Source: Octopus vulgaris
Lineage: Eukaryota
Direction: 5' to 3'
Length of the DNA: 64,000 bases
Assembly: GCA_951406725.2 (NCBI GenBank)
Contig: OX597834.1
Location: 38,936,001-39,000,000, forward strand
Position numbers and translations under genes: made by a program
Shown: piece by piece, positions 52,559-64,000 of the stretch
How positions within the stretch are numbered: the stretch's first letter is position 1
How the letters are laid out: each line of letters starts with the position of its first letter
Notes under the pieces: generated by a model
Database searches by the model: none
The model's input: only the letters and a program-made list of their open reading frames with translations
Told to the model about the DNA's origin: nothing

Positions 52559-52760
52559 GACAAATACATAACAAAAACACCAGGACTTACAAACACATAT
52601 AACATACAGAAAATTGCACTACTGGGCACCGCACACATCCTACGCAGAACACTTTCCATACAATAACCATCAGAGCATCACAACAAATCACAGCACATAC
52701 CCAAGGCACACAGAGCTACGCTCGGTAGTGAAGTGAAATCACGCTATAAAAATAAAACCA

Positions 52761-52765
<5 letters not shown>
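52557..52765 (+). mobile_element. R4/Dong-like LINE extreme 3' end within (TAA)n
   Basis: DKYITKTPGLTNTYNIQKIALLGTAHILRRTLSIQ*; (TAA)n on both sides. Confidence 0.75.
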
Positions 52766-52848
<83 letters not shown>

Positions 52849-53064
52849 GGGATTCTTTGGGGTTTGAATAATTCACCTCTGGAAGCATGTTTCGTTCAAC
52901 ATCCTTAAACAACCCTTATTCAGGGACCTTTTGAACGGAATGGGTTATTTGACCAGAAGAACATTCTAACTGGGCCCCACCCGCAAGGTTATGCGCTGTT
53001 TATCTTGATATGAGGTCCCCCATGTCGTGCACATATGGTTGTGATGCATGTGCCTGGTGTACCC

Positions 53065-53345
53065 TTAGCTTGGGAAGTTAAACAGTTGTGGTCGATGAAA
53101 AAGGTAGCAGTAGTACCAATAATTGTCGGAGCCCTGGGAACAGTGAGCAAAAATCTCTAGAAGTACGTGAAACAAATAGGGGCTGCAATAAGGGTGGAGT
53201 ACTCGCAGAAAAAAAAAACACTGCTTGGAACCGCTTGAATACTCCGGAAGGTGCTCGAAAAATAAGAGGTGTTACCTTTGTTCACTGGTAGTGAACAGCT
53301 GACACTGTAGTACATCTCCAGCGTTAGAAGCTGTGCAAAGGCAAT
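53065..53345 (+). mobile_element. R4/Dong-like LINE 3' end (different subfamily) followed by (CAA/TAA/TGA)n
   Basis: LAWEVKQLWSMKKVAVVPIIVGALGTVSKNL*KYVKQIG...LLGTA*ILRKVLEK*. Confidence 0.78.
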
Positions 53346-53367
53346 AACAACAACAACAATAATAATG

Positions 53368-53474
<107 letters not shown>

Positions 53475-54289
53475 AATAATAATAATAATGATGATGATGA
53501 TGATGATGATGATAATAATAATAATAATTATTATTATAATGATGATGATGATGATGATGATGATAATAATGATGATGATGATGATGATGATGATAATAAT
53601 AATAATTATTATCATTATTATAATGATGATGATGATGATAATAATAATAATATAGATAACAACTATATCACATTATGTAGTTACGACAAAAATATGAACA
53701 ATAACAAACAATAACAACAATATGGACATAACAACAATACTATAACATTATAAATATACAATATAGCGCAGGCATAACAATTTGCCAACAATTTAATAGC
53801 ACTTTAGATATAACAACCATATCACTACATCATATTGATTATAATGATGCAATAATATAGACATAAATAATATAAATATAATAACAATGTAACATTATAA
53901 ACATAACAACAACATAAAAATAAACCAGCGTAATAATAATATACACTTTACAACAATTCAGACAACAATGCAACAATATAGACACAAATAATATAGATAT
54001 AATAACAATATCACAATATTATAAATGTAACAATAATCCCAAAGAAATAGATATAACAAACCAACATCATATAGATATGACAGCAATATACCAGCAATAT
54101 AGGCAACAACAATGCAATATAACAACATATATAACAATATAGGCATAACAGAAAAGCTTAACAGTATGGATATAACAACGATACAACATATACATAACGA
54201 TATAATAACAAATGGTATAAGACAATAGGCATAACAACAATATAGGCCAAAAAGAATACATTATCAGGTATATAAGTAAAAAAAATACA

Positions 54290-54360
54290 TGATGGTGACG
54301 ATGATGATAATGATGATGATGATGAAGAGGAGGAGGAGAGGAGGTAGAGGAGGTGGATTG

Positions 54361-54392
<32 letters not shown>

Positions 54393-54465
54393 CACTGGTG
54401 GTGATATGGTGGTGAGGATGATGACGATGGTGATGACGACGATGATGATGATGAAGTTGATGATA

Positions 54466-54499
<34 letters not shown>

Positions 54500-56310
54500 G
54501 GAGGAGGAGGAGGAGGAGGAGGAGGAGGAATATGAGGTAGAGGAGGATTGTGATGACGACGATGATGCGGCACTGGTGGTGATATGAAGGTGATGATGAT
54601 GACGACGACGACGACGACGATGATAATGGCAATGACAGCTACGACGATAAAAGCTGTTTTGTGGTTGCTGTCATAATTATTGTTTTTTGGTCGTGTGGTG
54701 GCGGTGATGGCGGCGATTGTGGTGGTAGAGGTGATGGTGGTGGTGGTGGTGGTAGTACCAGTGATAGTGGCTGTGTCGGCGAAGGTGGTGTTGTTCTTAA
54801 TGCAATCGTAGGGTGGTGCAGCTGCTTTGTGCACGGAGGGTGTTGTGTGTGCATTTAATGGCGGCCTTAATTGATGCAGTTTGAGAGGCTGTGGACTGTT
54901 GTTGTTGCTGTTGCTGTTGTTGTTGTTGCTGTTGTTGTTGTTGCTGTTGTTGCTGTTGTTGTTGTTGTTGTTGATGGTGTTATTTACTTTCTTATTGTTA
55001 TCACGATGGTGTTGTTGTTTTTGTTGATGACGATGATGATGAGGAGGATGGTGGTGGTAGTAGTGGTGGTGGTGGTGGTGGTGGTGGTGGTGGTGGTGGT
55101 GGTGGTGGTAGTGGTGGTGGTGGTGTTGGTGGTAGTGGTGGTGGTGGTGTTGGTGTTAGTGGTGGTGTTGGTGTTAGTGGTGGTGGTGGTTGTGGTTGTG
55201 GTTGTGGTGGTGGTTGTGATGACGACAGAGTTGATGATAGTGATGTAGTCCTGATAGAAGTGGTGAAGATGGTGACGGTGGTGAGGTTGTAGTTGACGTG
55301 CAGAGTAATGGGTTTAGTCGCAGTGGTTGTGGTGGTGTTGGGTTTAGCATCGTGACAAAGAGTAGTGGTGGTGGTGGGAGTGACGGTGGTGGTGGTGGGA
55401 GTGACGGTGGTGGTGGTGGGTAGTTATGATAGTAGTTGTAGCGATAGTAGTGATGGTGGTGGTGATGGTGGTTGTGGTGGTGATGGTGATAGTGATGGTT
55501 GTGGTGATAGTGTAGTGGTGTAGTGGTGATAGTGGTGGTGGCAGTGGTAGTGGTACTCATAGTGGTGGTGGTGGTGGTGATTAGGTGGCAGTACTGTTCA
55601 ATAATTGTCTCAACATCCACACATCTTTTCCTATCGTCGCCATATTTACCTCTGCTTCTAAGACCTTTCTCTCCTTACATTGGTTTCCCCCCTCTTCCTT
55701 TTACCCCTCGCTCTGTCTGTCTGTCTGTCTGTCTGTTTCTCTCTCTCTCTTTCTCTCTCTCCCCCTTTCACCTAACTGGCCCTCATATTGGCATCAACCA
55801 GCCGGCAGTATTCTTTCTCCACCATCACCGCCACCACAGCCATATCACGACGGCGACTATCCCCACCCCCACCGAACAACACAACAACCAGCGTCATCAC
55901 TGTCATCACCACGACGACCCACAACGACGACGACCACCACCACCACCAAAACAACCACCACTACCACCACCACCACCACCACCACCACTACCACCTCAAC
56001 TACTTCTACAACCACTACCGTCTGCAGTGCCATCACACCCACTACCACCACCGCCACTGCTATCCTTACCACCTTCACCACTTCCACCATCAACACCACC
56101 ATCATCACCACTTTTACAACGACGACGACCACGACCATCATCACCGCCACTACCATCACCGCCACCATCATAAACACCTACCATCACCACCACCACCACC
56201 ACCACCACCACCACTAGAACCATCATCACCTCCATCACCACCATCACCACCATCACCACCATCACCACCATCACCACCACCACCACCACAGGTATCATCC
56301 CATCACCAAC
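54290..56310. repeat. Low-complexity GAT/GAG/GTT/GGT and CAC trinucleotide blocks with short unique islands
   Basis: Directly visible. Confidence 0.88.
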
Positions 56311-56733
56311 AAGGAGAGACCACCCACTCACAGAATCTGACGTTATCTATGAATTATCTTTATGAATATATTATAGACTGCGAGTCTTCAGCTGATATCA
56401 CACGGGGTGTTAGATCGGGAGAGATATCATACAGTAGGAGATGGCGATATACTTAATAGCGTGGAACACCTTCCCTCCCCACACACACATATATTTATAT
56501 AGACTTTGGTCATAGCACCGGTTAACTTAATTAGTCGTTGAGCACTCTCATTGAATGAATGATTCGTTTGGACGATTTAAGATGCACCTTGCATATGCTC
56601 ATGTGCATCACTTTGTAATTGTACGCATATATATATGTATATATATATATACATGCATATATATATTCTTGAGATTATCTTGATATTATCTTCTCTTCTT
56701 TGAAGGTTATATGTGTGTTTGTACCTATATAGC

Positions 56734-56822
<89 letters not shown>

Positions 56823-56918
56823 TTAAATAATGAGGGAGATAAATTAATATTAATTTCAATATCAATTTAAAACCAGTAGTCTAGCATACAAAAAATCTGA
56901 GAAATCAGAGAAAATTCT

Positions 56919-57237
56919 AATATATGTGTATATTGGCAGGGCAAGACTGCTAGGTAGTCGGCCGTATGCTAGAAATAGATCATCAACGATCAAACTACAA
57001 AGAAAGTTCTCTAGAGGGAAAATTCAGCGAACACCAGAACCAAATTTGGCGGGCAGGACAGATGAAAATTTATATAAAAAACAGAATTAATATATAAATT
57101 TTCATCTGTCCTGCCCGCCAAATTTGGTTCTGGTGTTCGCTGAATTTTTCCTCTAGAGAAATTTCTTTGTAGTTTGATCGTTGATGATCTATTTCTAGCA
57201 TACGGCCGACTACCTAGCAGTCTTGCCCTGCCAATAT

Positions 57238-57248
<11 letters not shown>
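56919..57248. repeat. Long near-perfect palindrome (~155-bp arms, ~15-nt loop)
   Basis: tattggcagggcaagactgc...gatgaaaatttatata / tatataaattttcatc...gcagtcttgccctgccaata, about 2 mismatches. Confidence 0.92.
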
Positions 57249-57294
<46 letters not shown>

Positions 57295-57334
57295 GTACGT
57301 ACGTACATATGTATGTATATATGTACGTTCATTT

Positions 57335-58305
57335 ACATGGTGCGTAGGCTATTTGAGAATATGACATTTGTTTTTAGTTATTACTGTTTTTATATTAACT
57401 TTGTCATTGATGTTTCAGAAAATAATAATGGTGGAGATTCAGCTTTCTCAAGAAATGAAGAGGCATGCTGTAATTGGGACCGTAAAGGCTGAGCGGAGAC
57501 ATTTAGAGATGGATCAATTTTTAAAAGTCACCAAGTCTTTCTTCTACAAAGTTTGTTAGGAGTTGGAAGACTCAGATGGAAAGATGTCACCAATATCGAA
57601 ACGCAAAAGGCATTTCCAATGCTCTAATATCATCAAAACATTCGAATTTATTCAAAAAAAGTTCAACAGATCATTGACAGAACCTTGCAAAAATGAATAG
57701 AGACAATTGCAAAAGATCTCCGTGTGTCAGAAGGGACAATGGGAAATGCTGTCCACATAGACAAGTCTTCGGCACCGGCCTTACTTGATGAGGAGACGTC
57801 AATTCATGTTTGACCAGATCTAAAAGGTTATTAAAAAAAAAGTTAAAAACCAGGAACATAACATGATTTAGATTTTATCAGATGAGAAAAACTTTGAGCA
57901 AATCCAGATTAACAGAAAAACTGGCGAATGGTTGTTTAGATCATTTTGATGTTCCAACAGTCAAGTACTCAAGATTTCCTGCAGCTGTCATGGCTTTTTG
58001 AGTTGTCCAGTAACGAAGGACATCTGATGCCTCCTCATTTCTTTCCACAAGGTCTTAGAATTAATTCTGCTGGTTACATTCAGGTACTGGAAACAGTTGT
58101 CAAGGCCTGGATTGATAAAGTACGCAATGGAAGGCTGTCCGTGTTTCAGCATGAGTCTGCGTCGTCACGCAAGGTTCAACCAACCCAAGAATAAAATGGC
58201 CGACAATTTTCATGACCACGTAACCCCTAATATTTAGCCTCCAAACTCACTAGGCCTTAATCCATTGGACTACTATGTATGGACCATTGATGAGAGAGAG
58301 AGAGA

Positions 58306-58380
<75 letters not shown>

Positions 58381-58655
58381 GTCAATGAAAACCTCCATAA
58401 CAACAAGGATACTTTGAAAGCCACCATAGTCAGAGCAATGTCCGATATGAATCTGGACCATTTAATTCGGCCATGTTGGCGAGTCAGACAGATCTTGCAT
58501 AGAAACAGTTATTGATGCTGAAGGTGGCTACATTAAATAAGATTATAGAGAAGATAATCTGGTTGATATCTACAAATCTTTTCATTAATAAAGTCGTTTT
58601 CAGTTATTAAATGTGTTTTTCTAGAAATACAAATTTGTCCTCAAGTACCTTTGTG
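57335..58655 (+). mobile_element. Degenerate Tc1/mariner (maT/DD37D-like) transposon, near full length
   Basis: SDEKNF (~57878), SNEGHLMPPHFFPQGLRINSAGYIQVLETVVKAWI...VFQHESA, PPNS..LNPLDYYVW; (GA)n insertion at 58292-58376; frameshifts and stops. Confidence 0.82.
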
Positions 58656-58700
58656 TGTGTGTGTGTTTGTACATGCATGCACACACACTTATCTATATCT

Positions 58701-58800
<100 letters not shown>

Positions 58801-58917
58801 ATGTATGTATGTATGTATGTCTGTCTGTCTGACTGTCCATCTATCTATCTATCTATCTATATATATACAAATATATATATACACACACACATAAACAGCA
58901 CACACGCATACACACAA

Positions 58918-58957
<40 letters not shown>

Positions 58958-59459
58958 GTACATATATAAAAAAATAGCGTGTTGTGACCATATACACTGA
59001 ATGTCTCTTTGTGTGTGTGTGTGCGTGTGTGTGTGTGCGAGTGTGTTAACTTGTATGCGGATGTGTGTATGTGTCTATACGTATGCATGCATGTGTGTGC
59101 ATGTGTGTGTGCGTGTATGTTGCCCACTTATCTGTCCCAAGATCTCGGTTATCCAGGTTTGGTCTGTCTTTCTATTATTATTTGTCTCATTGAAATTAAT
59201 ATCACGTTGATCTGACCTGGACGACATGTCAGAGGTCAGATGTCAAAACAAGACTCACTTATGAGATGTAGAGTTCAGGTAGGTGGGAGGGGTTCTGTAG
59301 GAGCAGAAGGGGGAGAGGGGAGTGAAAGGATAGTGAAGTTAGTTGTCGTTGGCCAGTGTGTATACGACTTCTGTATATATACATATATAGACATATATAT
59401 ATATATATATATACACAGACATACATATACATACATACATGCATACAGACTTATATACA

Positions 59460-59499
<40 letters not shown>

Positions 59500-59503
59500 G
59501 AGA

Positions 59504-59566
<63 letters not shown>

Positions 59567-59663
59567 ACACAAGCAGATACAAAATATGTTTAGGTATATG
59601 CAAATGTGTGTGCGTGTGTGTGTATGTATCAATGTATGTATGTATCCATGTGTATATGTAGAT

Positions 59664-59706
<43 letters not shown>

Positions 59707-59728
59707 TATAAGTATGTATATGTATGTT

Positions 59729-59780
<52 letters not shown>

Positions 59781-60084
59781 TATATGAATATATATGCGTG
59801 TGTGTATGTATATATCCATGTATATAGACACACACGTTGTGTGTCTGTGTATACACATACAGCTTTATATAAACAAAGAGAGGGCGACACAGACATTGAG
59901 CCGTGGCTGCCCACGGCCATAAATACACAAAACTAAGGAGAAGGCACGGACAGGGGTGAGCGTGTTGTTGACCAGCGACGGAATAAAGACTGACCCCCTC
60001 CGGCACTGGTCAAAAAGATCAAGCGGGGGTGAGGATTGTTTAGTGACCGGCAGGGGAGGGATGTGTAAATATAGCTGTGGTGAG

Positions 60085-60655
60085 CTGCGGTGGTGGTAGT
60101 GGTGTTGGTGGGTGTTGGTAGTGGTGGTGTTGGTAGTGGGTGGTGGTGGTAGTGGTGGTGGGTGGTGGTGGTGGTGGTGTTGGTAGGTGGTGGTAGTGGG
60201 TGGTGGTGGTAGTGGGTGGTGGTGGGTGGTGGTGGTGGTGGTGGTGGTAGTGGGTGGTGGTGCTGAGTGGTGGTGGTTGTGGGTGGTGGTGGTAGCGGTG
60301 TTGGTGGGTGGTGGTAGTGAGTGGTGGTGGTTGTGGGTGGTGGTGGTAGTGGTGTTGTTGGGTGGTGGTAGTTGGTGGTGGTGGTGGTGTTGGTGGGGGT
60401 GATGGTAGTGAGTGGTGGTGGTAGCGGTGGGGGTGGTAGTGGTGTTGGTGGGTGGTGGTGGTTGTAGTGGGTGGTGGTGGTTGTAGTGGGTGGTGGTGGT
60501 AGTGGTGTTGGTGGGTGGTGGTAGTAGTAGTGATGTTGGTGGTGGTGGTTGTAGTAGTGTTGGTGGTTGTGGTCGTGGTATCGATAACAGTGGTGGTGGT
60601 GGTGGTGGTGGTAGTGGTCTTGATGATGATAGTGGTGGTGGTGATGGTGGTGGCA
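60085..60655. repeat. (GGT/GTG)n-rich low-complexity block
   Basis: Directly visible. Confidence 0.9.
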
Positions 60656-61119
60656 AAAATTTGAGATCATTATTCTTCGAGTTGGCAGAAATGTTAGCCG
60701 GGCGAAATACTTAGTGAGGGGCGGGTTTAGAATTTCAATGAAAAGGGATCGTGGAAAAAAGTGTAATGGGGGAGCCAATCAATAGGGATTGTGTTTCCCA
60801 GAAATGGGAAACAGATTAGGTTTATCCGTGGAAAGAAAAGCCTACGGAAAAGACTACGGTAACCTCGGGCAATAATGTTACGCAAAAAACACATAACAAT
60901 AAGTGACTCTCTTTCTTCCTTTCTTTTTCTGGTTCCTAGGATTATGCTCAAGGTGGCTCCGTCTGGCACACGTGCCATCTTTGCTACATTCACTCAGACA
61001 TATACAGGTAGATAGACAGACAGACAGACAGACATATAGATAGATAGACAGACATAGATAGAGAGGTAGATAGACAGATAGACAAACAGTCAGATAGATA
61101 TATAGAAAGACAGACAGAC

Positions 61120-61165
<46 letters not shown>

Positions 61166-61363
61166 GTAGATGGATAGACAGACTAACAGACAGGCAGATA
61201 GATGGATAGACAGACAAACAGACACATAGATAGATAGATAGACATACAGACAGACAGACATACAGACAGACAGACAGACAGACAGACGGACAAATAGAAA
61301 AGGTAGAAGCGAAGACAAGAGCTGAGAGTCGTGTTTCTAGGCTTGAATATCGATAGCTGCAGT

Positions 61364-61425
<62 letters not shown>

Positions 61426-62173
61426 CCAGCAAGTTGCATCCTGACACGTCCTCTTCCTTTCCCTCCACAATTTATGGCAACATAATTGTAGGGAGAGGAC
61501 AAAAAGGGCCTTAGGGACAGGAGGGGTCAATTATAGTTAAATATAAGGATATGGTGTTGGAAATATATACATTAAGGCTGGTTGGATGGTGGTGGTTGTG
61601 ATGGCGGGGAAGGGAGGGGTGTTGCAGCGGTGGTGGAGGTGGCGGCGGTGGTGGCTACGGTGACGGTGGTAATGGCGGGTGGTAGTGACGGGTGGGTGGT
61701 GGCGGTGGTGGTGGTGGTGGGGGGCTGTGCGGTGGCGATATCGATGGTAGCAGCGGCGGTGATAATGATGGTGGCGATGGTTTTGGTGGTGGTGGTGGTA
61801 CGGTAGTAGTGGTATTGGCGGTGTTGATGTAGATGCGGTGGTGGTGAAGGTGGTTGAAGGTGGTGGTGATGGTGGTTGTGGTGGTGTCGTTGTTGGTGGA
61901 GGTGGTGGTGGCGATTGTAGCGGTGGTAGTATTGATGGTGGTGATGTGGTAACGGTGTTGGTAGTGGTGGTGATAATAATTATGAAGTGGTTGTGGTAGT
62001 GGTAGTGGTGATGTTTGGCCCCGGGACCAGCTCTGACTGAACCGATCTACGATCAAAAACATTCCAATCCTGACCATCACATTTGATGTCGGTGGGTGAG
62101 ATGAGGTTGGCGGAGGAAGGCCTTGCTACTATTTTATCTACTGTATCCTTTGCTTTATCAAAGCGAATATACA

Positions 62174-62321
62174 AGGCGCAGACGTGGCTGTGTAGCAAGA
62201 AGGTTTGTTCCCCAGCCACATGGTTTCGGGTTCAGTTCCATCGCGTGGCATTTTGGACAAACGTCATCAATTATAGCCTCGGGTCAAACAAAGTATTCGG
62301 AGAGGATTTGATAGACGGAAG

Positions 62322-62405
<84 letters not shown>

Positions 62406-62616
62406 GTGATTCTTTGCGTTTGTGTTTTTCCCCTGTAGTAACTTACCGCGTGTTTTGCACCCCCGTGACTTAGAGATTCGGCAAAAAAACCGACAGAATA
62501 AGTACCAGAAGCATATATATATATATATAAACAGTACTGGTTACGATTCGTACGACTAAACATTTTCAAGGAGATGCCCCAGCATGGCCGCAGTCTAATG
62601 ACTGAAGCAGATAAAA
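62174..62616 (+). mobile_element. SINE family A copy (diverged) with expanded internal (TG)n
   Basis: gtggctgtgtagcaagaagg...ggttcagttcc...cagcatggccgcagtctaatgactgaa. Confidence 0.7.
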
Positions 62617-63012
62617 TGTATAAATAAACGTAAATGTATAAATAAATAAAATATGTGAATTCTATGAATATTTTTCCTTATAATTTCTTAATTTTAAACT
62701 CCATTTTCTAATCCCGCCATATATTATAAAGAAAGGATTATCTCCCTTTTGATAACTGCGACCGCTAGGGAAACCACAAGCGTTTGGAAATTTTCTCGGT
62801 TTACGTTTTACAAATGTCTTTCCTTTAAGCTAATAAATGGATATTTGACTCTTAAATTCTAAAACTGAACAAACGTACATAAGTTACTTCATTGGTTAGA
62901 AAAGAAGTATTGTATCTTCTTTTGAAGATACTCTAATACTCTAATAATAAGTCTTATTCTCTCGATTGTGTGTATATATGTTTTGTGAATATACATGCAT
63001 ATAAACATATGT

Positions 63013-63049
<37 letters not shown>

Positions 63050-63149
63050 TGTGTGTGTCTGTGTGTGAAAATAGATATAGATATAGATAAATATACACAC
63101 ATACATCATACATACACACATATACATTTTCTTTTACTCCCTTTTATTC

Positions 63150-63436
63150 CTTTCTGTCGAAGAGCGTAGGCTCGAAACGTAAAAGACATTTCCATTTATC
63201 CGGAGCGTCAAACTAATACACTTGCTTGATGTTTCTACACCTGTCACCGTGCAGAAATGGCGTACTCCGAATGAATGAGGTAATGGAATGGAATGATAGA
63301 AAGAATTCCGCTAATTAGGTACTCCAAAGCCATTCGGAAGGATTGTTGGCGATCTTTTCCCTCCGTCTTCCTTTTCTCTTGGACTTTCTTCTGTCTTCTG
63401 TTCCTGAAGAAGAGCTTTGCTCGAAACGTAAAACTA
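63150..63436 (+). ncRNA. Two minimal hammerhead-like motifs (63150-63185, 63398-63436), probable Penelope-like relics
   Basis: CUGUCGA-A-GAGC(GUAG)GCUC-GAAACGUA and CUGAAGA-A-GAGC(UUU)GCUC-GAAACGUA, each followed by the related motif gagcg...taata. Confidence 0.45.
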
Positions 63437-63559
63437 ACTTGCTTTCCTTCCCTGAGCGTTTATTAATAATTTGCATGTACCACATCTTCACGTTGTTATT
63501 TTATTCTTCTTCCTGTATTTTTATTTCGTTTTTTTTTGGGGGGGGGGGGGGATTATATA

Positions 63560-63614
<55 letters not shown>

Positions 63615-63650
63615 GTGTGTGTGTGTATGTGTGTGTGTGTGTGTGTGTGT

Positions 63651-63977
63651 AATGAGTGAGGGAAACGGATAATGGATTCAGCAAGCGTTTTCATAAAACA
63701 CAACAACCGTTTCGACCCATCCTGCATCTGTCCCTTACGGGTGGGTTATTGTACAGCTAATTGTGTTGCATCCATTAATGCACGTTGTGTCTCGTCAGGT
63801 TTCTCTTCGTCAGGTGTATCTTAAATAAGATATCTCGCTACATATACTGACGAGACACAGCCTGCATTGATGGGTGCAATGCAACTAACTGTACAATATC
63901 CCACCCGTAAGGGACAGATGCAGGGTGGGTCGAAACGATTGCTGTGTTGAATAAATCCATTTTCTGTTTCACTCATT
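63651..63977. repeat. Inverted repeat (~130-150-bp arms); each arm carries a hammerhead-like core with a long helix II
   Basis: + arm CUGACGA 63847-63853 ... GUC-GAAA 63929-63935; - arm CUGACGA 63798-63792 ... GAAA 63713-63710. Confidence 0.7.
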
Positions 63978-64000
63978 CATTAATAAACTCAACAAACGCT

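Overview
AT-rich, microsatellite- and transposon-dense eukaryotic DNA. The SINE, RTE and microsatellite landscape suggests an octopus/coleoid cephalopod genome (inference, not a database match). Two spliced protein-coding genes lie head-to-head, and neither appears intact in the ORF track. UBE2F (NEDD8-conjugating E2, minus strand) has 4 coding exons at 872-5413 and continues beyond the left edge. VPS25 (ESCRT-II, plus strand) is complete, with 6 exons at 12173-23174 encoding 175 aa. VPS25 intron 2 has clear U12 (minor spliceosome) signatures. From ~23.2 kb to the end I recognise no host coding exon. That region holds several tRNA-derived SINE families, RTE/CR1/R4-Dong LINE fragments (a HERO fragment lies at the left edge), mariner/maT/piggyBac/Merlin/hAT-type DNA-transposon remnants, long microsatellites and a 100-N gap. 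The most unusual non-coding signals are several hammerhead-ribozyme-like motifs (one near-canonical at 43883-43954, and two loci with back-to-back hammerheads on opposite strands) and a recurring class of long palindromes next to microsatellites, probably Penelope-like element relics. Repeat boundaries are approximate and read by eye.
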